Shown: positions 8,371-17,422, numbered from the stretch's first letter. The stretch is DNA of 32,000 bases from Nitratidesulfovibrio vulgaris str. Hildenborough (GCF_000195755.1 NC_002937.3:3270001-3302000), one strand, 5' to 3'. A program made the numbers and translations. Notes: a model not told the origin generated them from the letters alone.

Positions 8371-10007
8371 GCAGACGACAGATTCTGGAACGCCTGCAGG
8401 CCGACAAGACGTTCGACCTGCTCATTGTCGGAGGCGGGGCCACCGGCTGTGGCGTCGCCCTCGACGCGGCCACGCGCGGACTGGACGTGGCACTGGTGGA
8501 GAGGGACGACTTCGCGCAAGGCACCAGCAGCAAGAGCACCAAACTCGTCCACGGGGGTGTGCGCTACCTTGAGAAGGCCATCCTCAAGGCAGACAAGGAA
8601 CAGTTCGCACTCGTGCACGAGGGTCTTCGCGAACGGGGCTACCTCTTGCGCAACGCGCCCCACCTCGCCCACCCCGTGCAACTCATGACGCCGGTCGATT
8701 CGTGGAAGGACGCGGGCTACCTCTTTGCGGGCCTCACCATGTACGACCTGCTGGCAGGTCGCCTCGGACTGGGACACAGTCGCTTCGTCACCCGTTCCAA
8801 GGCACAACGCCTCTTCCCGACCTTGCGCCTCGGAAAGGCCAAAGGGGCGGTCCTCTACTACGACGGGCAGTTCAACGATGCGCGCATGGCCGTCACCCTC
8901 GCCCGCACGGCAGCCCTCCACGGCGCGACCTGCGCCAACCACGTCGAGGTCATCGACCTCGTGCGCGAGAACGGGCGCCTTTGTGGTGCCGTCTTGCGCG
9001 ATGTGAACAGCGGCGAGACGTGGCAGGTACGGGCGCGGGGCATCATCAACGCCACCGGACCCTTCAGCGACGGCCTTCGCCGCATGGACGACCAGAATGC
9101 CTGCGACATCCTCAAGGTGAGTTCGGGCATCCATCTGGTCATCGACCCCGGGCACACCCCGCCCCATCTCGGCCTCATGGTCCCCCGCACCGATGACGGA
9201 CGCGTCCTGTTCATGATTCCGTGGCAGGGGCATGTGGTCTTCGGCACCACCGACGAACCGGTGGACATCTCGCGCGACCCTGTGCCCACGCAGGAGGACA
9301 TCGACTACCTGCTGAACTATGCCGGACGCTACCTGTCGCGCCCCCTTTCGCGCGATGACGTTCGCGCGGCGTGGTGCGGCCTGCGCCCGCTCGTGTTCGA
9401 GGCCGACAAATCGTGCACACAGGAACTTGCGCGCACCCATGTCATCGAAGTCTCGCCCGGAGGGCTGCTCACCATCACCGGCGGCAAGTGGACCAGCTAC
9501 AGGCGCATGGCCGAAGACACCATCGACAGGGCGGATGCAGCCTTCGAACTGGGGCTGCAGCGGCCTTGCGTCACGCGCGACCTCAGGGTCATCGGTTCAC
9601 GGGGGTTCGTGCGCGGGGCCCATGCCGAGATGGCACGCGATTTCGGTGTAGACCCTGCCCTTGCCCGCGGGCTTTTCGAACTCCATGGCGACGAGACCCC
9701 ACTCATCCTCACCCTTGCCCGCGAAGAGGGGCTGATGGACCGCCTGCACCCGGCGCACAACTACATCGGGGCGCAAGTGGCCTTCGCCGTGCGCCACGAG
9801 ATGGCGGTGCACCTCACCGACGTCATGGTCCGCAGACTTCCGCTGGGTCTGGTCGATGTGCAGCACACCCTTGAGGCATCTGCCCCGGCTGCGGACATCA
9901 TGGCGCAGGAACTGGGCTGGGATGCAGCAACCCGCCAGCGCGAGATGGAGGCCCTTGCCGCCTACCTCGCCGCATGGCGACCCGCCCCTGACGCCGCCAC
10001 GACATGA
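8367..10007 (+). CDS. glpD: FAD-dependent glycerol-3-phosphate dehydrogenase
   Basis: DLLIVGGGATGCGVALDAATRGLDVALVERDDFAQGTSSKSTKLVHGGVRYLE is the dinucleotide-binding and GlpD-family N-terminus. The 546-aa length includes a C-terminal helical domain. ATGA overlap with the regulator gene. Confidence 0.9.
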   Translation: MSRRQILERLQADKTFDLLIVGGGATGCGVALDAATRGLDVALVERDDFAQGTSSKSTKLVHGGVRYLEKAILKADKEQFALVHEGLRERGYLLRNAPHLAHPVQLMTPVDSWKDAGYLFAGLTMYDLLAGRLGLGHSRFVTRSKAQRLFPTLRLGKAKGAVLYYDGQFNDARMAVTLARTAALHGATCANHVEVIDLVRENGRLCGAVLRDVNSGETWQVRARGIINATGPFSDGLRRMDDQNACDILKVSSGIHLVIDPGHTPPHLGLMVPRTDDGRVLFMIPWQGHVVFGTTDEPVDISRDPVPTQEDIDYLLNYAGRYLSRPLSRDDVRAAWCGLRPLVFEADKSCTQELARTHVIEVSPGGLLTITGGKWTSYRRMAEDTIDRADAAFELGLQRPCVTRDLRVIGSRGFVRGAHAEMARDFGVDPALARGLFELHGDETPLILTLAREEGLMDRLHPAHNYIGAQVAFAVRHEMAVHLTDVMVRRLPLGLVDVQHTLEASAPAADIMAQELGWDAATRQREMEALAAYLAAWRPAPDAATT

Positions 10008-10114
10008 CGCAAGAGGGCGTTCGTCACACCCGGACAGGTACGAAGCCGTCGGGGGGAGAAGCCGACGGCATCCCGCACTGAACTACAACCACAGGAACAG
10101 GCAGGAGGAGAAAC

Positions 10115-10870
10115 ATGAAGGAGATTTCGCTGGGCAAAGAGATGCTGTCCGAATTCATGGGCACCATGGTGCTCATCATCTTCGGTGCAGGCAACGTGGC
10201 CATGACCGTTCTGTTCGGCAAGACCCTCAACATCACATGGGACAACATCACCTTCGGCTGGGGTCTCGCCGTGCTGCTGGGCATCATGGCAGGTCTGCCT
10301 TCGGGGGCGCACATCAACCCCGCCGTCAGTCTGGCCCTCGCGGCGACGGGCCGTTTCCCGTGGCGCAAGGTGCTGCCCTATTCGGTGGCGCAGGTCGCAG
10401 GCGGCTTCGCCGGTGCGGCCATCGTCTTTCTCGACTTCAAGGCCAAATGGCTTGGTGTTGACCCGCAGCTTGCCAGCACCGCTGGCATCTTCTGCACCTT
10501 CCCTGCCATAACCACATCGTATCTTCCCGGATTCATAGACCAGATCATCGGCACTGCCGTTCTCATGTTCGGCATCCTCGCCATCGGCGACTTCGCAGGC
10601 AAGAACAACGTTGGCTGGATGGGGCCGGTCCTCGTGGCTGCGCTCATCGTCGCCATCGGCATGAGCCTCGGGGCCATGCACGGTTACGCCATCAACCCCG
10701 CCCGTGACTTCGGCCCCCGCTTCTTCGCGCTGGTTGCCGGGTTCACGCAACCCAACCTGATGGAACCCGGCATCGTGCTCGTCCCCATCGTCGGGCCCAT
10801 CATCGGCGGCCCCCTTGGCGCCTTCATCTACGACTGGACCACCGGTGCCGTGAACAAGGCTCAGGGCTGA
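10115..10870 (+). CDS. glpF: Aquaglyceroporin (MIP family glycerol uptake facilitator)
   Basis: Two NPA boxes (HINPAVSLA and AINPARDFGPR) and six hydrophobic segments. AGGAGGAG lies upstream of the ATG. Confidence 0.92.
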   Translation: MKEISLGKEMLSEFMGTMVLIIFGAGNVAMTVLFGKTLNITWDNITFGWGLAVLLGIMAGLPSGAHINPAVSLALAATGRFPWRKVLPYSVAQVAGGFAGAAIVFLDFKAKWLGVDPQLASTAGIFCTFPAITTSYLPGFIDQIIGTAVLMFGILAIGDFAGKNNVGWMGPVLVAALIVAIGMSLGAMHGYAINPARDFGPRFFALVAGFTQPNLMEPGIVLVPIVGPIIGGPLGAFIYDWTTGAVNKAQG

Positions 10871-11016
10871 CCCCGGACCTTCACGCATCCGTCGCCACTT
10901 CGGACAGACCGCCGGACAGGCTTCAAGGCAGACGACCCCACGGAACACACCGCAAGACAGGCCCGGTACCCGGTTCTCGACAGGCCGCAACCGGACAAAG
11001 GACACAGGAGTAAAGC

Positions 11017-12510
11017 ATGAGCAACTACGTCCTCGCCCTCGACCAGGGCACCACCAGCTCCCGCGCCATCCTCTTCACGCGCGAAGGTGACATCAAGCAG
11101 ATTTCGCAGAAGGAATTCACCCAGATTTACCCCCAGCCGGGCTGGGTGGAGCACAACGCCAACGAGATATTCGACACCCAGTCGTGGGTCATGCGCGAGT
11201 GCCTGCAAGAGGCCGGCATCGGTGCCGCGGACGTCGTGGCCGCGGGCATCACCAACCAGCGTGAGACGACCGTGGTGTGGGACAAGGCCACCGGCGCCCC
11301 CGTCTACAACGCCATCGTGTGGCAAGACCGCCGCACCGCAGGCTTCTGCGACGAACTCAAGGCCCGCGGCCTCGCCGACGTGTTCCGCAAGAAGACCGGC
11401 CTCGTGCTCGATGCGTACTTCTCCGGCACCAAGGTGCGCTGGATACTCGACAACGTGCCGGGAGCCCGCGCCAAGGCCGAAAAGGGCGAATTGCTGTTCG
11501 GCACCATCGACACATGGCTCATCTGGAACCTCACCAAGGGCAAGGCGCACGTCACCGACTCGTCCAACGCCAGCCGTACCCTCATGTTCAACATCAACAC
11601 GGGCGCGTGGGATGACGAGCTTCTGGGCATCCTCGACGTTCCGCGCTCCATGCTGCCCCGCGTGACCGGTTCGTCCGAGGTCGTGGGTGACATCCACCCA
11701 GAATTCCTCGGCAAGGCCATTCCCATCGCCGGCAATGCGGGCGACCAGCAGGCCGCCACCTACGGCAACGCCTGCCTCAAGCCCGGCATGGCCAAGAACA
11801 CCTACGGCACCGGCTGCTTCATGCTCATGAACACCGGCACCGAAGTCCGTTCCAGCCAGAACAACCTGCTGAGCACCGTGGCATGGACGACCCCCTCGGG
11901 ACGTTTCTACGCCCTGGAAGGCAGCGTGTTCATCGCAGGCGCAGTGGTACAGTGGCTGCGTGACGGTCTCGGCATCATCAAGGCCGCCCCCGAAGTGGAA
12001 CAACTGGCCCTGAGCGTCCCCGACAACGGCGGCGTCTACCTCGTGCCCGCCTTCGCGGGACTGGGTGCCCCCCACTGGGACCAGTACGCCCGTGGCACCA
12101 TGGTCGGCATCACCCGCGGCGCGACGAAGGCCCACATCGCACGTGCCGCGCTCGAGTCCATCGCCTTGCAGACCCTCGACATCATGGACTGCATGCAGAA
12201 GGACTCGGGCATCAAGCTGGCCGCACTGCGCGCTGACGGCGGCGCCACCCGCAACAACCTGCTGATGCAGTTCCAGGCCGACGTTCTCGGCGTGCCCGTC
12301 GAGCGTCCCAAGGTCACTGAGACCACGGCCCTCGGCGCAGCCTACCTCGCGGGTCTCGCCACCGGATTCTGGAAGAGCGAAGACGAGATAGCCACCATGT
12401 GGCAACTCGACCGCCGCTTCGAGCCCAACATGTCCGACGACAAGCGCCAGCACCTCGTCTACGAATGGCAGCGTGCCGTAGAACGCGCCAAGGCGTGGGT
12501 CGAGGCATAG
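11017..12510 (+). CDS. glpK: Glycerol kinase
   Basis: [20 protein letters not shown]..., [22 protein letters not shown] and GNAGDQQAA match the FGGY kinase/GlpK family throughout. AGGAG RBS. Confidence 0.95.
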   Translation: MSNYVLALDQGTTSSRAILFTREGDIKQISQKEFTQIYPQPGWVEHNANEIFDTQSWVMRECLQEAGIGAADVVAAGITNQRETTVVWDKATGAPVYNAIVWQDRRTAGFCDELKARGLADVFRKKTGLVLDAYFSGTKVRWILDNVPGARAKAEKGELLFGTIDTWLIWNLTKGKAHVTDSSNASRTLMFNINTGAWDDELLGILDVPRSMLPRVTGSSEVVGDIHPEFLGKAIPIAGNAGDQQAATYGNACLKPGMAKNTYGTGCFMLMNTGTEVRSSQNNLLSTVAWTTPSGRFYALEGSVFIAGAVVQWLRDGLGIIKAAPEVEQLALSVPDNGGVYLVPAFAGLGAPHWDQYARGTMVGITRGATKAHIARAALESIALQTLDIMDCMQKDSGIKLAALRADGGATRNNLLMQFQADVLGVPVERPKVTETTALGAAYLAGLATGFWKSEDEIATMWQLDRRFEPNMSDDKRQHLVYEWQRAVERAKAWVEA

Positions 12511-12540
12511 CGCCAGCGACGCCGCAACCGCCAACACCAA

Positions 12541-12568
12541 GGGCGACGGGGATTCCCGTCGCCCTTTT
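12541..12568 (+). terminator. Rho-independent terminator of glpK
   Basis: GGGCGACGGG, loop gatt, CCCGTCGCCC, followed by TTTT, 31 nt after the glpK stop. Confidence 0.8.
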
Positions 12569-12772
12569 CCGGTCCGAGGATGGTGATTCAACTGCGCTGC
12601 GTACAGGGCATCGTGCACGAGCCACGACCATTCTCCGTCGCACGGCGTCGAGCCTCGTCAAAGCCCCTGTAGTCCCGTCATACGAGGAGTGTCATGGAGT
12701 CAGGGCGACGGTTGCGGCCGTCGCCCCTTCTGTGGCATCCCGGAGTGTCTCTCAGGAACGGCTTCGCACGGT

Positions 12773-13381
12773 TCACGCGCCGGAAGTCGCCGCCATGCCG
12801 AACGCGGAGGCAAGATGCGCCTCATAGCGCGCCACGTCACGTGCCACATCGGGATTCTTGATCACATCGTAGCTGACGAACGTTGGCAGCCCGGTCATGC
12901 CGAGAAACCTGAAATTCATGTGCGCCGGGAAGAAGAGGTCATCCACGGTCCTGCCCTGAAACAGGTACTGTCCGGCATCGCCAAAGGCTTCGGGCGGGGC
13001 ATTGAACGTCAGTGAGAGCATGTATGTCTTGCCGCCACATGTTCCCCCTGAGCCATATTGCCTTGCGGGGTCGCTCCGCGACCTGCCATCGCCGGTGCAC
13101 AGCCGTCCGTCCATACCGGCAAGGTAGACGTAGTCCATGTACCGTTTGCAACTCCACGGGAAACCCATCCAGTTCACAGGGGACTGTACGATGACCGTGT
13201 CGGCACGTACGTGCCTGTCCACCTCGGCGTCTATGTCGTAGTCGCCATTCGTCGCGACGACCTCGACGCTATGCCCCATGCCGACAAGAACGCTGCGTGC
13301 CACTTCCACGAGATGGCTGTTCAGGCGTCCCGGCGACCTCGGGTACGGCTCGTGTCCGTTGATGATCAGAACATGCGACAT
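12773..13381 (-). CDS. mdaB: NAD(P)H:quinone oxidoreductase MdaB (flavodoxin-like fold)
   Basis: From the internal ATG 13381 (AGGAGG upstream): MSHVLIINGHEPYPRSPGRLN...DYDIDAEV...VIVQSPVNWMGFPWSCKRYMDYV...KQYGSGG-like...KTYMLSLTFNAPPEAF...FLGM..LPTFVSYDVIKNPDV. It is collinear with E. coli MdaB as I remember it. The 5' extension of ORF 12773..13633 overlaps the next gene and is not credible. Confidence 0.88.
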   Translation of the reverse strand: MSHVLIINGHEPYPRSPGRLNSHLVEVARSVLVGMGHSVEVVATNGDYDIDAEVDRHVRADTVIVQSPVNWMGFPWSCKRYMDYVYLAGMDGRLCTGDGRSRSDPARQYGSGGTCGGKTYMLSLTFNAPPEAFGDAGQYLFQGRTVDDLFFPAHMNFRFLGMTGLPTFVSYDVIKNPDVARDVARYEAHLASAFGMAATSGA

Positions 13382-13436
13382 GGTCGCCTCCTGCCGGAAG
13401 TCGCTGTCTTCCGGTCTTATCTTTGACCCGTGTGTT

Positions 13437-14093
13437 TCAGAACCACTGCACCACGTCGTGCAATGCCTGCCGCGTCTTGGGCCTCGGGTCCGCAACCCGG
13501 TAGCCGAATGCCGCCATGCACGCCACGCCGTACTGCGACTGGTCGATGCCGAAGTCGCTGGCGAGGACCTCGTCGATGCGTTGCTGCTGGAAACCTTCCA
13601 TGGGGCAGCTGTCGACACCGAGCAAGGCGGCAACCGTCATCATGTTTCCGAGGGCGATGTAGACCTGCTTGCACGCCCAGTCGAAAAGGGCGCGCTCATC
13701 TCCCCACAGGTTGAAGTCATCCTTCTGGAAGGCTTCATAGCGTTCGAGTTTCATCTTCTGGACATCGGCGGGCAGAGCCTGAACCCTGTCGACGAAATCG
13801 CGCACATAGTCGCTATCTGCACGCGTATCCATGCCTTTTCGCGCAAGGTACACCACAAGGTGGCTGCAGTTGGGTATCTGCTTCTGCCCGCCCCATGTGA
13901 AGGCGTGCAGTTTCGCACGGAGCGCGGCATCCTGCACCACGAGGAACCGCCAGGGCTCAAAGCCGAAAGAACTGGGCGAGAGGCGGCCCGCCTGAAGTAT
14001 GGTGGCGAACACCGGTTCCGGAATGATACGCGCCGCATCGAAGTCCTTTGCGGCATGCCTGAACAGAAAGGCATCGAGAATCTTCTTCTGCAT
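13437..14093 (-). CDS. Nitroreductase-family NAD(P)H oxidoreductase
   Basis: MQKKILDAFLFRHAAKDF...RLSPSSFGFEPWRFLVV...NCSHLVVYLA...CPMEGF matches the nitroreductase fold family. GGAG lies 6 nt before ATG 14093 (ATG 14099 is the alternative). It sits 55 nt upstream of mdaB on the same strand, so the two are probably an operon. Confidence 0.85.
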   Translation of the reverse strand: MQKKILDAFLFRHAAKDFDAARIIPEPVFATILQAGRLSPSSFGFEPWRFLVVQDAALRAKLHAFTWGGQKQIPNCSHLVVYLARKGMDTRADSDYVRDFVDRVQALPADVQKMKLERYEAFQKDDFNLWGDERALFDWACKQVYIALGNMMTVAALLGVDSCPMEGFQQQRIDEVLASDFGIDQSQYGVACMAAFGYRVADPRPKTRQALHDVVQWF

Positions 14094-14720
14094 ACTCATC
14101 TCCTGCACTATCACACCGTGCACTGCTATGACATTCAAAAACGATATGCCTGTTGGTCATGCCTATTTATGATCTTGTCTTCATACTGTCGAGAAGGCAC
14201 AAGTATGTGGCATAGTGTCCTTGGAGTAACCGCACACCATGCCCATCCATATGATGTGCATACGTTATCCAAACTGCATCACGGTATCATGAATGACAAA
14301 CATCGATACAAACGCATGTTCCGAGAAATGACTCATCGTATAGAGCACGAGAACGACAACCATGCCTTGCTACGCAGTCGTATCCCCCATGCCCGCGGGC
14401 CCGCTGTCGCGCACATCAGTCGTGCCCGTCCCCGTGAGACAGGCACGACCGGACACCAGACCGGACGCCAAAGGGGCCGTCCACAAGGATGGTGCCCGGC
14501 GGGAGACGGCAAGGCTGCCGTCGGCAACACCATGACACGCAGCAACCGACGGACACGTGGACAGACACCTTCCACAGTGACGCCCACGGCGCGAAACCAC
14601 CTGTACCCTTCACTTGCCTGACGACATGGGGTAACAGGCAAGACAAGCCTTCAGGAGTGACCACTTGCTTCTGCATGATAAAGTGCACCGTTTGATGGCG
14701 ATAACCATACCGAGGTACTC

Positions 14721-15497
14721 ATGTTTTCAGGGATGCAAGACAGAAGAGTGATGGTGACCGGTTCTGCCAAAGGAATCGGCAAGGGCATAGCCGAAGCCTT
14801 CGCCTCTCGAGGAGCGCGCGTATTCCTCGCCGACCTTTCCGCGGAGCATGTCGAGGCCACAGGCAATGCGTTCAGGGCAAAGGGGTACAACGTCGCATGG
14901 GGCGTTGCCGATGTGAAGGACAAGGCTTCTGTGGAACAGGTCGCGAGCAAGGCCGTGGAACAACTCGGCGGGTTGGATGTGCTATGCGCCAATGCGGGCA
15001 TCTTTCCCGCTGCACCGCTGGAGACCATGACCGAAGAACAGTGGGACACGGTGCTCGACGTGAACCTCAAGGGCATGTTCCTTACGGTGCAGGCCTGCAT
15101 ACCGGCACTGAAAGAGAGCACGTCGGGGCGCATTGTGGTCACATCGTCAATCACCGGCCCCGTGACAGGCTATCCGGGGTGGTGCCACTATGGCGCGAGC
15201 AAGGCGGGGCAGATGGGCTTCATCCGCACCGCAGCCATCGAACTGGCGAGATACGGCATAACCATCAACGCAGTCCAACCCGGCAACATCGCCACGGAAG
15301 GGCTTCAGGAACAGGGAGAGGCCTATATGGCCTCCATGGCTTCTTCCATCCCCCTGCGGCGGCTTGGCCTCCCTGCCGACATCGCAGCGGCGGCCGTCTT
15401 TCTCGCCTCTCCTGACGCGGGGTACATCACCGGGCAGGGCATCATCGTCGATGGCGGGCAAATCCTCCCAGAGACACTCGAAGCGCTTGATGCGTAA
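14721..15497 (+). CDS. Short-chain dehydrogenase/reductase (FabG-like)
   Basis: VMVTGSAKGIGKGIA (TGxxxGIG Rossmann motif), NAG, a catalytic S...YGASKAG (YxxxK) and PGNIATE. 258 aa. Confidence 0.9.
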   Translation: MFSGMQDRRVMVTGSAKGIGKGIAEAFASRGARVFLADLSAEHVEATGNAFRAKGYNVAWGVADVKDKASVEQVASKAVEQLGGLDVLCANAGIFPAAPLETMTEEQWDTVLDVNLKGMFLTVQACIPALKESTSGRIVVTSSITGPVTGYPGWCHYGASKAGQMGFIRTAAIELARYGITINAVQPGNIATEGLQEQGEAYMASMASSIPLRRLGLPADIAAAAVFLASPDAGYITGQGIIVDGGQILPETLEALDA

Positions 15498-15637
15498 TCG
15501 GGAGAAACTGAACGGGATTCATAACACAGCGCCATATTCCATACCGCGCCAGTCGGCGGATGCGTGAACGCGTCTGGCATGTCCGGAGGCAGTCGACCTG
15601 AATGCGCCCGGAGAACCCACGTGCGCCCGGATGAGGC

Positions 15638-15711
15638 CAGATGCGTCGGGTGCCCAAATGTGCCTTGCCGCGACCACCAGACTACGGCAAGACTCTCACC
15701 CCGCGCATCTG
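15638..15711. other. 74-nt extended stem-loop in DNA with no confident gene (possible structured RNA; strand unknown)
   Basis: The outer arms are CAGATGCGTCGGGTG (15638-15652) and CACCCCGCGCATCTG (15697-15711). They pair at 13 Watson-Crick positions plus 1 G-U, with 1 mismatch. They enclose an inner hairpin CTTGCCG (15664-15670) / CGGCAAG (15685-15691). Confidence 0.3.
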
Positions 15712-15969
15712 TCGTGTTGAGGTCTTCATTGCTGCACGTCAGCACCTGACCGCCGACTAATACAGCCAGATGAAACCATCTCTTGAATCCAAGCCTCTCT
15801 CTTAAATCATGTCCCCTCATTACTGGCCAGCGGAAGAAACACCAACGCAGCACGCCACTGAGTGTCCGGACTGGCAGGGTAACGCCACGCTGGCCCTGCC
15901 ACGAAGAAGTAGAAGTGGAAACGTACAAGATTCTGGCGGCATCGCTTCGGGCATCCTGACACTCACCGC

Positions 15970-16404
15970 ATGCAGCCCATGTTCAAACCCATGGGACTCA
16001 GGCAGATGAAGCACATGATAGTACGTGACTTGTTGCCAGACACCCCGCAGACGCAAGCGTTGGCCAAGGCCATTAAAAAGGGGCCACCGCAACCCGGACA
16101 AACCTCTTACCGCGGGGGGTGTCCCAATGCCGCGGGGGGATACAGAGTGACCGCCCCCACGCAGGTGGTCCTGCCCCCCGACAAGAAGGACTTCCTCCGC
16201 TTGCTCGGACTCGGTACAGGCCCGAACAAGATGGGGCAACCATACAGAGATAAATACCACGAATCAGCAGAGCCACAGTGTATTGTTTTTCACGCGACCT
16301 TGTGCGGTATAAATGCGGTTCATTTTCTGGAAGAATATGCAATAATAGACCCTAAAAGGACAAGAACGACACAGCGCACTAAACATAGACACATATTAGC
16401 GTGA
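15970..16404 (+). CDS. Hypothetical protein (tentative)
   Basis: 144-aa ORF with no family I recognise. The only support is GC-rich third positions between about 16140 and 16240 (RVTAPTQVVLPPDKKDFLRLLGLGTGPNKMG). The 3' third lies in AT-rich DNA that looks like the promoter region of the next gene. Three minus-strand ORFs overlap it. Confidence 0.25.
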   Translation: MQPMFKPMGLRQMKHMIVRDLLPDTPQTQALAKAIKKGPPQPGQTSYRGGCPNAAGGYRVTAPTQVVLPPDKKDFLRLLGLGTGPNKMGQPYRDKYHESAEPQCIVFHATLCGINAVHFLEEYAIIDPKRTRTTQRTKHRHILA

Positions 16405-16422
16405 ACACACAGGATTACTAGC

Positions 16423-17199
16423 ATGCTGCAATTACTCACACGTATTTTGGCAATGTCGGCATGTATTCTCCTGCTGGCATATAACAATGCAAAAGCAGGC
16501 GCCGACCTCTATGTCATGGCTGAAGAGTCGACGCCTCCATACGCCTTCGTTGAACATGGCATAAAAAAGGGGATTGACCACGACATCATCGTCGAAGCTG
16601 CGAAAAGAATGAACATCCGTGTTGAAATCGACATGGTTCCATGGATACGCATGTATAAATCCATCGAGACAGGCGTTTGTGATGCAGGGTCTGTATTCTT
16701 CCATGTCAAGGAACGGGAGTCATTTGCGATATTTACAAATCCTCCTCTCCATCATAGCACATATTCTGTATTCATCAGAAAGGACAGCAAGCTTGAATAC
16801 TCATCGATTGAAAGTCTTTACGGCAAAACGATTGGCGTATCCAGAGGATACAGGCTGAACAACGACTTCAAGGAGGCTGTAGAAAGAGGCTTCATTCAAA
16901 TAGAAGAGACGAACAACATCTCTATGAACATAAGAAAAGTCATGGCTGGGCGACTATACTGCATGGTGGCAAATTACGATGTCACGATGCTTGAACTTTC
17001 CCGTGCTGGTCTTCGTGGCCAGCTTATAGCCTTGAACCCACCATTACTTGAAAGAAAGCCGCTCCATTTCGTTTTTTCTAAAGCAGGCAGGTATGGCAAC
17101 AATAAAGAGTTCATAGCTAAATTCGAGTCGACGCTCGATGCCATGAAAAACGACGGAACATTCAAAAGAATATACGATCGATACTACGCCAAACAATGA
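16423..17199 (+). CDS. Periplasmic solute-binding protein, family 3 (amino-acid ABC / PBPb-type), orphan
   Basis: A signal peptide (LLTRILAMSACILLLAYNNAKA) is followed by YVMAEESTPPYAF...GIDHDIIVEAAKRMNIRVEIDMVPWIRMYKSIETGVCDAG...GKTIGVSRGY, the pattern of SBP_bac_3-type proteins. G+C is clearly lower than in the flanks. No permease or ATPase gene is adjacent. Confidence 0.85.
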   Translation: MLQLLTRILAMSACILLLAYNNAKAGADLYVMAEESTPPYAFVEHGIKKGIDHDIIVEAAKRMNIRVEIDMVPWIRMYKSIETGVCDAGSVFFHVKERESFAIFTNPPLHHSTYSVFIRKDSKLEYSSIESLYGKTIGVSRGYRLNNDFKEAVERGFIQIEETNNISMNIRKVMAGRLYCMVANYDVTMLELSRAGLRGQLIALNPPLLERKPLHFVFSKAGRYGNNKEFIAKFESTLDAMKNDGTFKRIYDRYYAKQ

Positions 17200-17422
17200 C
17201 GACTGCAGACCAAACAATGACGGTCGCACAGAGTGGGTATCCTCCTGACACAGCCGTACAAGCGGTCACCGAGCAGACGGAGTGCGCTCTTCTGTCTACC
17301 TCTGAGAGGCTATCAGGAGGATTTGACGGGGTATGCGAGCCAAATAGGGGCGATTCGCCCCCATCTTGGCGGGTCTGGGTTCTCATTTCTTGCACAGGCT
17401 AGGCACAACGGCATGAGCCAAG

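Noticed and set aside
8010-9440. 476-aa minus-strand ORF opposite the SorC regulator and glpD genes
   Set aside because: This is a typical long antisense ORF of high-GC DNA. It is Arg/Ala/Gly/Val-rich with no motifs, while the plus strand encodes unmistakable SorC and GlpD sequences.
10861-12618. 585-aa minus-strand ORF opposite glpK
   Set aside because: Antisense shadow of glpK. The translation is low-complexity (G/A/V/H-rich) and the opposite frame is a textbook glycerol kinase.
13278-14621. 447-aa plus-strand ORF spanning mdaB, the nitroreductase gene and the spacer
   Set aside because: Most of it is antisense to two well-supported minus-strand genes. Only its tail (from ATG 14205) lies in non-coding DNA, and that tail has no supporting RBS or family match. 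The tail is mentioned in a finding instead.
16109-16139. Direct repeat CCGCGGGGGG x2, considered as a CRISPR or tandem-repeat array
   Set aside because: There are only two 10-bp copies 20 nt apart. There is no spacer-repeat periodicity, no further copies and no cas genes, so it is not a CRISPR array.
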